From an uncultured bacterium (GTDB taxonomy: Bacteria; Edwardsbacteria; AC1; EtOH8), in NCBI GenBank assembly GCA_963780225.1, contig CAWAAX010000027.1, forward strand, positions 1-64,000: DNA of 64,000 nucleotides, written 5' to 3'. The position numbers were made by a program, and so were the translations under genes. The notes below the pieces were generated by a model that saw nothing but the letters and a program-made list of their open reading frames with translations, was not told where the DNA came from and did no database searches. Shown here piece after piece: positions 1 through 9,379 of this stretch; the first letter of the stretch is position 1; the number at the start of each line of letters is the position of its first letter.

Positions 1-97
1 CTTCAAGTTTTGGCCTTTTATGACAGGCGATCCTATTTTACAATGGTGCAGTATTACCTCTGTGTATTTTGTGCTTTCTGTGGCAAATAAAATATTA

Positions 98-1451
98 TCA
101 ATCAGCCTTCCTCACTTTAGCCTTCACCGTCTTGGTAAAATACCCCTTGGCCGAATAGGTCGGAGACATGGTCACGCTGATCGTATACTCCCCTGCTGGG
201 GCCGGCCTCCCCTTGTCGTCCTCCCCGTCCCAGATCAAAAAGTTCTCCCCCAGCTTTTCCCTAAACTCGTTCAAAAGCTGCCGCACCGGCTGGTTCAAGC
301 GAATCCAGGATCTGAATGTTCAGGTCAGCCGGCTCGTAAAGCTGCAGCACTATGGTGGCCCCGGGGTGCAGGCTGTCTATCACCAGCGGCGAGACCTGCT
401 TGATGTATCCGTCTATCCCTATCCAGTAATACTGGGCCGACTCCCGCTCCATCACGAACACCTGCCCAAAGCGCTTCCAGATGGCGATGCCCCGGGGCGA
501 CTCGAATTCCATTTCGCTAAAGCCCTTCCGTCCGAACCCGGCCACGTATTTAAGGTTTCGGTCGAACTTGTGCACCTGGTGGTTGACCATGTCGGTGGCG
601 TAAAGGTTTCCGAAATAGTCCAAAGCCAGGTAGGAGAAGTAAGCCCCCGGCAGGCCGATGTCGGTGTTGGCGATCCGGGCCACCAGCCGGCCCTGCTGGT
701 CGAATTTTTGGATCCGGGCGCAGATGGAATCGGCCACGATGACGGCCGTCTCCTTGAAAAAAGTCCAGCGGTCGCCAAAGCCCTGGACCGCTATCCCGAA
801 GGGCTCGTCCAAAATTCCCTCGCCGCCGAAGCTGAAGGTCTGGGTGCCCAGCGAATCGTAGACCACTACCCGGTTGTGCCCGGTATCGGTGACATAGATC
901 TGTCCCCGGTTGTCCACCGCGCAGCCCTGGGGATGCAGCAAAATACCTTCGCCGATATTGCGGACGAATTTAAGGGTTTCCTTCCGGTTCTGCAGACAGA
1001 CCACCCGGCTGTTGTTCAGGTCGGCCACGTAGACCTTGCCGTCCTCAGTAGCGGCGATGCCCCGCGGGGTGTGGAATTCCCCCGGACCGCTGCCCATCCG
1101 GCCGAAGGACTTCAGGCCGCTCAACCCCTGGTTGTAAATTATCTGATGCCTCCCGGAGTTGACCATGTAAACCGTGACATCATCGTCGTCGTCCCCGGTG
1201 CCGGTATCATCGGTCTCCTTTAAGCGGACGCAGGCGATGCCCTGGGGATCCTCGAACCGCGAGCCCCAGCCCAAAAGCAGCTTCAGGTAGAACGTCCCGG
1301 CCTTGTGGAACCCCATGGAATGCCCGAACGGCGGATAGACCAGCAAGGACGGCTGATACTCCTGGGCCATTCCTTTGCCTGCAAAGCTTAAAAGCAGAAA
1401 TAATATGAACGTCCAAATCAGGAAATGGGAAATGGGAAATTGTTGTTTCAT
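98..1451 (-). CDS. Secreted NHL-repeat beta-propeller protein with C-terminal FlgD-like Ig domain (frameshift near 299)
   Basis: ORF 261..1451 has a signal peptide and NHL repeats (PRGIA..GKVYVAD, PQGCAVD..GQIYVTD). The C-terminal domain continues in ORF 98..298 (IWDGEDDKGRPAPAGEY, FlgD-type) after a +1 shift at TCG CTTG AAC. Confidence 0.75.
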
Positions 1452-3265
1452 AGCGGTTCAAGTAACATTTTGTAGATGTAGTAGTTCTCCATCACCACCT
1501 TGACGTACTTTCTGGTCTCGGCCAGCGGTATCTCCTGCAGCAGGAAATCCTCGTCATCCTTGTCCTTCATGGGTTTCAGCCACTCCCGCACCCGGCCCGG
1601 CCCGGCGTTGTAGGCCGCCAGCGCCTTCACCAGCGAGCCGTCGAACATCTTGACCATGGATGACAGGAATCTGGTGCCGTAGTCTATTGAGACCTGGGGA
1701 TGGTATAATGTTTTGGTGTCAAACTTCTTTACTTTGGACATCCGGGCCATGTGCTTGCCGGTCTTGGGCATCACCTGCATCAGTCCCCGGGCCCCGGACC
1801 GGGAGCGGGCCGAAGCTTCGAACTTGCTCTCCTGCCTTATCACCGCCAGCACCAGGGCCGGGTCCAGTTTTGATCCGTTCAGGCTCTGGGTGATGGAGCT
1901 CAAATATTTTTGGGGATAGATCATCTGCAGCAGGCTAATCTGCAGGGAATCCGGCAAGCGTACTATGGCCTTCTGGGCCCAGTAGATGGCCTTGGCCGGC
2001 ATCCCGCACAGCTGGTAGGTGCGGGCCAGATAGTAATGGGAATAGGAGCTCTGCCCCGAACCCGGCTCCAGCCCCCGGGCCGCCGCCGCCGCGTCTTCCA
2101 GAAAACCCATCCGGGCCAGCCTGAAGGCCAGGCGGCACTGCCGGGCAGAAGGATCGTCTTCTTCCGCCAAAAGCTGGTCATCGCTTCCCCTTTTATTCTT
2201 CATCAGCCCTTTCAGCAATGATGGCAGGTCAAGACTGTCCGCGGTCATTTCGCTCCAGGTCCTTGAGGCCAGAACGTTCTGGGCTTTCAGCCCGTAATAG
2301 CTGTAGCGGTAGCTTTTGGCGGCAGTAAGATAGTAAAGGAAGGCCTTGGCGCTGTCGCCCAGTTCGCCTGAGACCCGTCCGCACCAGTAAAGGGTCTCGT
2401 CCAGCCGGTCGCCGGTGGAATAGCGGCGCAGCAAAGTGTTCCACTGCTCCAAGGCGGCGGTTTTGTGCCCGGTCTTATAGTGGCACCACCCGTATCTGAA
2501 GGCGGCATCATCGGCCCAGACCGAGGACGGCTGATATTCGGCCGTTCTTTGGTAGGCCTCCATCGCCAGCTCCGTCTTCCCCTGCCGTTCGTAACTGCGG
2601 GCCAGGGTATAGGCGGCCTCGCCCCGGTTGGGGCTGTTGGGATAGAGCCGGATGAAATCAGTCAGCAGTTTTTGGGCCTTGGAAAATCTTTTCTTCCGGA
2701 TCAGCCGGTTGGCCGAGGTGATGGCGGTGCTGGACCGGGGCGGCGGCGGGGCGGTGAAGGCCGGTTTTTTGGCGGAGGTCTGTCCGGATTTAATGTAGGA
2801 GACCCAGTTGCTCAGTTCCTTTATTGCCAGATTAAAGCCTTCAGCCTTTTTGTCCTCCTCCATGCCTGAGTAGCACCGGCTGAAACCCAGCAAGGCGTAG
2901 TCTTTCAGGGAAGCGTCGGCCCGGGCCGCCTGGGCATAAAGCGCCTGGGCGGTCTGATAGGCCCCGGCCTTTTGGTAGAGGTATGCCCTTTGCCAGGGAA
3001 CATCGGAATCGTTGGACGGCCACAGGGTCACCGCCCGGTTCAATGTTTTCAAGGCCTGGGGATACTGCTTCAATGAGATCAGCAGGCCGGACTTGGCATA
3101 AAAGGCCGCAGAATCAAGCCCCAGGCTGTCCAGCAGCATCAGGGCCTGCTCCGGCTCCCCGGCCTGCTGCAGGGACAGGGCCTTTTGAATGTCAGCCGAT
3201 GCTGCCGCGGCGGGCAGTGCCAGCGCAGTTGACAGAAGTATGATTATGGTTAAGGCTTTGATCAT
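1448..3265 (-). CDS. TPR-containing soluble lytic transglycosylase (Slt family)
   Basis: C-terminal SLT motifs AVIRQES, GARGLMQVMP, AAYNAGPGRV, ETRKYV; N-terminal TPRs. Likely start MIKALT at 3265; stop overlaps the next start (ATGA). Confidence 0.9.
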   Translation of the reverse strand: MIKALTIIILLSTALALPAAAASADIQKALSLQQAGEPEQALMLLDSLGLDSAAFYAKSGLLISLKQYPQALKTLNRAVTLWPSNDSDVPWQRAYLYQKAGAYQTAQALYAQAARADASLKDYALLGFSRCYSGMEEDKKAEGFNLAIKELSNWVSYIKSGQTSAKKPAFTAPPPPRSSTAITSANRLIRKKRFSKAQKLLTDFIRLYPNSPNRGEAAYTLARSYERQGKTELAMEAYQRTAEYQPSSVWADDAAFRYGWCHYKTGHKTAALEQWNTLLRRYSTGDRLDETLYWCGRVSGELGDSAKAFLYYLTAAKSYRYSYYGLKAQNVLASRTWSEMTADSLDLPSLLKGLMKNKRGSDDQLLAEEDDPSARQCRLAFRLARMGFLEDAAAAARGLEPGSGQSSYSHYYLARTYQLCGMPAKAIYWAQKAIVRLPDSLQISLLQMIYPQKYLSSITQSLNGSKLDPALVLAVIRQESKFEASARSRSGARGLMQVMPKTGKHMARMSKVKKFDTKTLYHPQVSIDYGTRFLSSMVKMFDGSLVKALAAYNAGPGRVREWLKPMKDKDDEDFLLQEIPLAETRKYVKVVMENYYIYKMLLEPL

Positions 3266-3447
3266 TACGCTTACAAATATTTGCCTTTTAAATTTAGCCA
3301 CAAAGACACAAAGGATAAAACTTTTAAAAGATTTCCAGCTGTTTGGATTTTTCGGGGGAAAGGCATTTTTTTGCACAATCAGTAAAATCAGCGGGAATCT
3401 GCGTCCGAAAGGTTCCCAAAAGAAAAAGGGCTTATTTGTATAAGCCC

Positions 3448-4587
3448 CTATTTCATTGCCTCGGCGTGGGAGAAGTCCCGCTTAAGGGCAAATTCCGGGT
3501 AAGGCATATCCTTGCCGCCGGAAAGCACCAGGTCCGCCGCCACCCGCCCCATGGCCGGGCCCAGCATAAAGCCGTGTCCGCACATCCCGGCCACCGTGTA
3601 GAAACCCTCCAGGCCGGTGCGGTCCAGAATGGGATTGCCGTCCGGGGTGTTCTCGTAACTGCCGGCCCACTGCCTTATGACCTTCAGATCCTTAAGCCCC
3701 GGAACCAGCTTCAGCATCCGCTTGGGCATCTCGTGCAGGAACTCAAAGGTGGAATCCACCGAATGGCCAGGCACATTGGGTACCGGGGAATAACAGCCGA
3801 TGAACTGCCCGTTGTGCTTGTACTGCTGGAAATACCCGCCGTCGGCCCGGTAGTCCACCAGCATCGGGATGTTCATATACTCCACCCCCTCGGTGATCAG
3901 GGCCTCGTGCCGCTCGGCCTCCACCGGGATCTCTATCCCGGCCATTTGGCCGATGTCCTTGGACCAGGGCCCGGCCGCGTTGATCACCACTCCGGCCGAG
4001 AATTCCCGGCCGCCTTCGGTCTTGACCCCGGTAACCTTTCCCCCCTGCTGGAGTATCTGAGCAACCTTGGAAAAAGTGTGGATGCTGCCGCCGGCTTGCT
4101 TGATCTTTCCGGCGTAGCCCTGGACCACCGCAAAGGGATAGGCCTGTCCGTCCGAGGGGCAGTAGGAACCGCCCAAAAGACCGGAGGCGTCCATTCCCGG
4201 AGCTATCTCCCGGCATTCATCAGCATCCACCCAGCGCACGTCCTTCAGCCCCGCCGCCTGCTGGACCGCGATGTTTGACAGAAAGGCCTGTTTCTTCTCG
4301 GGGCTGTGGGCCAGGAAGAGATACCCCCCGTTATGCCAGTGGACGTCGGTCCCCAGCTCCTGCTCCATGTTCTGGAAATGCTTGACGCTCTCCATCATCA
4401 GCTTGATGGAACCGGACGAGGTGAACTGCTGCCTGATCCCTCCGATGCAGCGCCCGGTGGAACCGGAGCAGAGATATCCCTGCTCCACTATCGCCACCTT
4501 CAGGCCCTTTTGTGAAAGATAGTAGCCGCAGGCCGTTCCAATGATGCCCCCGCCGATGATGACGGCGTCTGACTTGTGAGCGCTCAT
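3448..4587 (-). CDS. FAD-dependent oxidoreductase, DAO family (sarcosine oxidase beta / proline dehydrogenase beta-like)
   Basis: IIGGGIIG FAD motif, GSTGRCIGGIRQQF, QWAGSYENTPDGNPI, GHGFMLGP; start MSAHKS overlaps the upstream stop (ATGA). Confidence 0.9.
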   Translation of the reverse strand: MSAHKSDAVIIGGGIIGTACGYYLSQKGLKVAIVEQGYLCSGSTGRCIGGIRQQFTSSGSIKLMMESVKHFQNMEQELGTDVHWHNGGYLFLAHSPEKKQAFLSNIAVQQAAGLKDVRWVDADECREIAPGMDASGLLGGSYCPSDGQAYPFAVVQGYAGKIKQAGGSIHTFSKVAQILQQGGKVTGVKTEGGREFSAGVVINAAGPWSKDIGQMAGIEIPVEAERHEALITEGVEYMNIPMLVDYRADGGYFQQYKHNGQFIGCYSPVPNVPGHSVDSTFEFLHEMPKRMLKLVPGLKDLKVIRQWAGSYENTPDGNPILDRTGLEGFYTVAGMCGHGFMLGPAMGRVAADLVLSGGKDMPYPEFALKRDFSHAEAMK

Positions 4588-4862
4588 GATTCCTTGTACT
4601 CCGCCAGGGCCTTGATGCTTAGGGGCTGCAGCGGGGCCCTCTGGGTGATGGGCCTTTGATCCTCGGGCTTTTGTCCCAGCGTTCTGGCCAGCATCTGGTT
4701 GACCAGACGGCGGCAGGTGCGCCCCTGGCAATGCCCCATCCCGGCCCGGGTCAGGCGCTTGACCTCGTCGGCGGTGGTGGCTCCCTGGGCGATGGCCTCC
4801 AGTATCTCGGACTCGGTGATGTCCTCGCAGCGGCAGACTATTTTGTCGGTGTTGTTTGCCAT
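4584..4862 (-). CDS. BFD-like [2Fe-2S] binding protein (split C-terminal module of the alpha subunit)
   Basis: VCRCEDIT ... KRLTRAGMGHCQGRTC ... RAP motif typical of this enzyme family. Confidence 0.9.
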   Translation of the reverse strand: MANNTDKIVCRCEDITESEILEAIAQGATTADEVKRLTRAGMGHCQGRTCRRLVNQMLARTLGQKPEDQRPITQRAPLQPLSIKALAEYKES

Positions 4863-4969
4863 AGATTCAGATAAATTGAAAACTATTTAAATGGGAAATA
4901 GGGAGTGTTCACATGTCTCACAGAGCGTTCTGGTTACCACTTCCCATTTTCCCATTTCCTATTTTCCAG

Positions 4970-5602
4970 TTATTTAATGATGTGTATCCAGTCGGTCAGC
5001 AGAAACTGCACCCGGCCGATCAGCAGGGAAACCCGGCCCATCACGGTGTTGCCAAAACTGGCCCCAAAACCTATCATGATGAACCAGATCCCGATGTTGG
5101 CTGAAAGCTTTAATGCCCCTTTTTGCTCCCGGGAAAAAAAGAAATAGCTTAAAGTGGTTATCACACCTATCAACGTGATCACACCCCACACCAAACCCCA
5201 AGCGCCATGATTAAAGGTTGTAGCATCGGCAATGGCGCTTTGCATCTGTTTGATGATATCGGTCTGGATTGTCGGAACCAAGGACATCCCGTTGACCACC
5301 CCCATATAGACTGCCAGGGGGATCAGCATTAGATACCCTCTTTTGGGTACGAACCGGAAGAAGAACATCAATCCCAAAATGCCGGGAACGATGAATAGAT
5401 ACTCGTGCTGTTTAAATACCGGAACTATTAAATTGGGAACGATCGCATTGTTCCAATAGATGGCCACGCCATAACCGGCGGAAATGCCGACGAACAAATG
5501 CTCGGCAAAACGATATACCGGGTTCTCCTTGTAAAGAAAGGAGAATATGGCCAGCGTCAGAATGGCGGCCACCCAAACCCAGGGATCGGTTGAAAAAATC
5601 AT
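4970..5602 (-). CDS. Cassette copy 1 subunit D: uncharacterised integral membrane protein (about 6 TM)
   Basis: 210 aa hydrophobic ORF; paralogue at 8712-9345. Confidence 0.8.
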   Translation of the reverse strand: MIFSTDPWVWVAAILTLAIFSFLYKENPVYRFAEHLFVGISAGYGVAIYWNNAIVPNLIVPVFKQHEYLFIVPGILGLMFFFRFVPKRGYLMLIPLAVYMGVVNGMSLVPTIQTDIIKQMQSAIADATTFNHGAWGLVWGVITLIGVITTLSYFFFSREQKGALKLSANIGIWFIMIGFGASFGNTVMGRVSLLIGRVQFLLTDWIHIIK

Positions 5603-5619
5603 TTTAATTCTTCTTTCTT

Positions 5620-6468
5620 CTATTTCTTGGAGCTTTTTTGCCGGGCGAAATAGTAGCCAATGTTGCCCAGTATAATTAACAACATGATCATCAAATGCAC
5701 GATAGAAACGGCATCCATCCCTTTGCTGGCTTGTTTTGAAGCCTTGGAATAACCGTTTTTCTCGTTTAAATACTCATATTCACTGGCTCCCTTCATACCG
5801 TTCAACAACCCTATCAATTGACCAGCCTGCAGGAACGGATAGTAGTCGGCGGTGCTGACCGCGGTGCATCCGGCGCCGACCTTGGCATGATATCTGGTGC
5901 CGGCGTAGTTCACCCACAGGTTAATGATGGAGCTGCCGGCGATGTCTATTACCAGCGGTATATCGGCATAATTGCGAATCCCGGTCATCATCGGCAGGTC
6001 ATCAAGCGGTTTGCCATAAGCATCAACCGGATACGCCTGGCGGATATTCTGGCCGATGGCCATCATTACGGCTGAGGTGCCTGACTTGAAGCCCAGAAAA
6101 ACATAATCCTTCCCGTATTCCACCGGATATTCTTTGGATATTTCATTTAAAGCATCCTCGGCCAAAGCCGCTCCGGTAGGATCCAGAGTCATGACCATCA
6201 CCCTGATCCTCCTGGCAAAACAATGCCGGATAATAGCCTTGAACATGGGATGGAGTTCCGGCATCATGGACGGACTGTAATCGGCCGAGATCAGCACTGG
6301 TTGATTGTTGGGCGGGATATTGTCCACCACGTCGTAAAGTTTTTGGCTGTATTTGCTGGGTTTGACTGGCAAACCCAGAGGGACCACCAGAGGAATGATG
6401 ACCGCCAAGGCCACCAAAAGGAAGATTACCCGGCGATCGATCTTAGTTAATTTTTCCAGAATTTTCAT
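5620..6468 (-). CDS. Cassette copy 1 subunit C: N- and C-terminal TM helices flanking a soluble alpha/beta domain
   Basis: Start MKILEKL at 6468 (ATGA overlap, GGAGG upstream); GQLIGLLNGMKGASEYE motif; paralogue at 9380-10239. Confidence 0.8.
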   Translation of the reverse strand: MKILEKLTKIDRRVIFLLVALAVIIPLVVPLGLPVKPSKYSQKLYDVVDNIPPNNQPVLISADYSPSMMPELHPMFKAIIRHCFARRIRVMVMTLDPTGAALAEDALNEISKEYPVEYGKDYVFLGFKSGTSAVMMAIGQNIRQAYPVDAYGKPLDDLPMMTGIRNYADIPLVIDIAGSSIINLWVNYAGTRYHAKVGAGCTAVSTADYYPFLQAGQLIGLLNGMKGASEYEYLNEKNGYSKASKQASKGMDAVSIVHLMIMLLIILGNIGYYFARQKSSKK

Positions 6469-7103
6469 TTGCCTCCTCCTCCCAGCCAGTTGCGCTCTAT
6501 CCCTAAAATTATTTTCAGGGAGGTTGCCGTCATTCCCAGTCCGACTCCGAATAAAATGCCCCGTTTTGATGCCATGTTTGGCACCATCATGATCCATTCG
6601 GAGATATCAGGAATTTTATCCCAGATCAGGGATCCGAAGGGAATGACCCCCAGCATTACGATGAAGCCGGAAATCAAAAGCAGGGTGGCTTCCTTGGAGC
6701 GGGCCCGGAAAGCCCGGTAAGCGGCCGAGGCCATGTAAAAAGCCAATATCGCGAACATGGCGGAATCCATAGGAGCTTGGACATATTTGAATAATTTAAA
6801 GTAAACTGCCGACATCCAATTCAAACCGTTTATCCTCCCCAGGATGCCCAGCAGAGCCATGACCACCAACCCGATTAAGGTGACATAACTGTTCCACCAG
6901 CCGGTTTTTCTTCTTTTGATCTTGATAACATGATGACTGATCAGACTGCCGACAGCCAGCGAAATGGCAAAGGCGGCGATCACGATTATCCATCTGTTAA
7001 GGGTTTCAAAGGTGACAGTAGAAATATGGCTGGGGATAAAAAACTGAAGGGCCATGGTAATGCCCAAAACCAGGACTATTATTAATGGTAACTGCTTTTT
7101 CAT
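6465..7103 (-). CDS. Cassette copy 1 subunit B: uncharacterised integral membrane protein (about 6 TM)
   Basis: 212 aa hydrophobic ORF with AFYMASAAYRAFR; paralogue at 10241-10866. Confidence 0.8.
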   Translation of the reverse strand: MKKQLPLIIVLVLGITMALQFFIPSHISTVTFETLNRWIIVIAAFAISLAVGSLISHHVIKIKRRKTGWWNSYVTLIGLVVMALLGILGRINGLNWMSAVYFKLFKYVQAPMDSAMFAILAFYMASAAYRAFRARSKEATLLLISGFIVMLGVIPFGSLIWDKIPDISEWIMMVPNMASKRGILFGVGLGMTATSLKIILGIERNWLGGGGK

Positions 7104-7114
7104 TTATCTTCTCC

Positions 7115-8308
7115 TTACCCTACAATAAGCAGGTTTAATATTAACTGCCTGACCCCTGGGTTGATCCATGAAAGAAGCACCCCGGCAATCAATAACAAAA
7201 CGATCACCGCTTTGCTCCAATCCTGTCCCTTCAGGGTACCCAAAAGCATCGGCTCACGGGACAGATAGGCGGAAGCGGCGTATAATTCCTCACCGATCAG
7301 AGTGTAATCGCAGGCAGTGATGAAAAATGGCAGCTGGTTGACGGCATCGGTGCCGGCGATCTGGATGGCACCGGTCTCGGCACCGGTCTCGGCTAATATC
7401 AGGGACTCGGCATAAAACATTCCCAAAAAGAAATTGGTAGCCGGTTTCTCCCTGGTCATTATACCATCCACCCCGGCGGCATATCCCATCTGGCTGTCGG
7501 TCAAAAAGAAGACCGAATCCGGATTATAAGCATCGGGCCGGCCTATCTCGGTGTAGGCCTCCTTTACTATTTCCTGGGCTACTATATAAACGACAGGGTC
7601 CTTGTTGGGCACTAATAAGGGCGTCCCGTATTCGGCCGTTTTTTTAGCCACCTGGCCCAGAATATTCAAAGCCGCGATGGTGGCCACATCGGCAATGGAA
7701 GATATCCCCGGTACAAAAAGTATGGGACGGCCCATCTCGGTGGCCCGGCCTACCGCTTCATCCACCGCAGCCAGCCCGGCGATCCGCCGGATGAACAGGC
7801 TTTGGCCCCGCTTGGCCCTGGTAATAAAATGGATCACTATTATGATGAATAATACCGTGGCGATCAGGGCATTGATCCTGGCGGCATTGAACCACTGTTC
7901 CCGGGACTGGGCGGGATTGGAGACTGCACTGATGGCAAACCCCGTCTCCCCCTTGCCCACGGTCTTGACCTGATAAAAGAAATCTCTGGCATTTTTGGGA
8001 ACTTCCTGATCATCATAGCTGGTAAAGCCGTAAGGCACATACCCCACCCGGGAGAACACCCCCTCCGGGGTCTCGGAACGGAGGATCTCGTAGCCGTCCA
8101 CCTGCCCCCGGGCTTCGTCCGGGGAAGCCTGCCAGGTGACGGTGATGGCCTGCCCCCCGTCGTTGGGAGTGTCAAAGGCCGTGACCCCCGGGGTTAGGGC
8201 AATGGCCGCCGTTGGCTCGACGGCCCCGGAAACCTGCTGGGCCGGCCGGGCCAGGCACAGCGAAGCCGACAGCAGAACCAGAAGCATCCCCGGTATTTTT
8301 TGCCTCAT
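7115..8308 (-). CDS. Cassette copy 1 subunit A: signal peptide + fibronectin type III + TM + DUF6754-like domain
   Basis: Fn3 signature (DTPNDGG..VTW..GYEILRS..FFYQV); IRRIAGLAAVDEAVGRATEMG and IGEELYAASAYL. DUF assignment is from memory. Confidence 0.8.
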   Translation of the reverse strand: MRQKIPGMLLVLLSASLCLARPAQQVSGAVEPTAAIALTPGVTAFDTPNDGGQAITVTWQASPDEARGQVDGYEILRSETPEGVFSRVGYVPYGFTSYDDQEVPKNARDFFYQVKTVGKGETGFAISAVSNPAQSREQWFNAARINALIATVLFIIIVIHFITRAKRGQSLFIRRIAGLAAVDEAVGRATEMGRPILFVPGISSIADVATIAALNILGQVAKKTAEYGTPLLVPNKDPVVYIVAQEIVKEAYTEIGRPDAYNPDSVFFLTDSQMGYAAGVDGIMTREKPATNFFLGMFYAESLILAETGAETGAIQIAGTDAVNQLPFFITACDYTLIGEELYAASAYLSREPMLLGTLKGQDWSKAVIVLLLIAGVLLSWINPGVRQLILNLLIVG

Positions 8309-8404
8309 CGATTTTCTCCGTTTGTGGTTGATTATATTTCTTGGATTTTTACCTGGATTTGATTACTATTCAGGCATTGATCGAAAAGGATTCGTTTATC
8401 ACCC

Positions 8405-8686
8405 ATTGCCACGACCTTTCGCTTATGCTATATATTTGGCTTCTCTTGGGGGCCGTAGCTTCAGCGAAGGCCTCAGGTCGTGGCAGACATTTAGTGAAAT
8501 CTGGTGGGCTCCCTCCTACGCTAAAGCTTCCGCCTTCGCAACTGCTACGGCGGACAGGTCGGCGGATAAATTAGCCCCAGAGAGATTATAAACTATGTTT
8601 TGCCATCTCCGCCGCAGGAGGACAAGCGAAGTTGAAACCCAGAGATATAATCTGACCCTTTTGCCACGAGCTGATGCTCGTGGCAA
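8405..8686. repeat. Dispersed hairpin element (ATTGCCACGA...TCGTGGCAAT) carrying two nested insertions
   Basis: Same ends and internal GGACAAGCG..GTTGAAACCC core as the copies at 17177 and 29718. Confidence 0.8.
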
Positions 8687-8711
8687 TTGAAAATCAATTA
8701 CAGTCACCGGT

Positions 8712-9345
8712 TTACTTGATCAAATGTATCCAGTCGGTGAACAGGAATTGCATCCGGGCGATCAACAGGGAGACCCGGGCCATTACCGTATATCCGAAGG
8801 TGGCCCCGAAGCCTATCATCACGAACCAGATGCCCAAATTAGCGCTGACCTTTAAAGCTCCTTTATGCTCCCGGGAGAAATAAAAATAGGAAATGGATGA
8901 AACTACGCCTACTAGTATCAGTATCCCGGCTATCATGCCGTTTTGAGGATCCCAAATGTTTTTCATCATTGAAGTATTTATCATGGTGCCCTGAACCTGT
9001 TTTAGCACGTCGGCCTCAATGGTCAGCGGTATGCTCATTCCGTTCCGAATCCCAGGCTGATGGCGATGGGGATCAGGATCAGATAGTTCAAGCTTGGGAA
9101 TGAAACGGAAAAGATACATCATCCCCAGAGCCATGGGAATCAGGGTTATCCAGCGGTGTTCAGCAAAGCGGGATCACGATATAGGGTATGGCATAGTTGT
9201 TGTAGTAAAGCACCAGATAATATCCCACCGAAAGGCCGGTAAAAAGATGCTCGGCAAAACGGAAGACCGGATTGTCCTTGTACAGATAGGAAAATATAGC
9301 CAGGCTTAAAAGCGCGGCTATCCAGACCCAGGGATTCAAGCTCAT
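8712..9345 (-). CDS. Cassette copy 2 subunit D (frameshifted in this sequence)
   Basis: Fragments MSLNPWVWIAALL..FAEHLF and ..IWFVMIGFGATFGYTVMARVSLLI match copy 1 D. Confidence 0.75.
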
Positions 9346-9379
9346 GATTTTTATCCTCTGTCAATGAATTTAAATATTC

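Noticed and set aside
4970..8308. ABC, ECF, TRAP, Rnf or Nqr assignment for the cassette
   Set aside because: No ATPase motifs, no recognisable binding protein or DctM-size subunit, no FMN-binding or membrane-Cys motifs.
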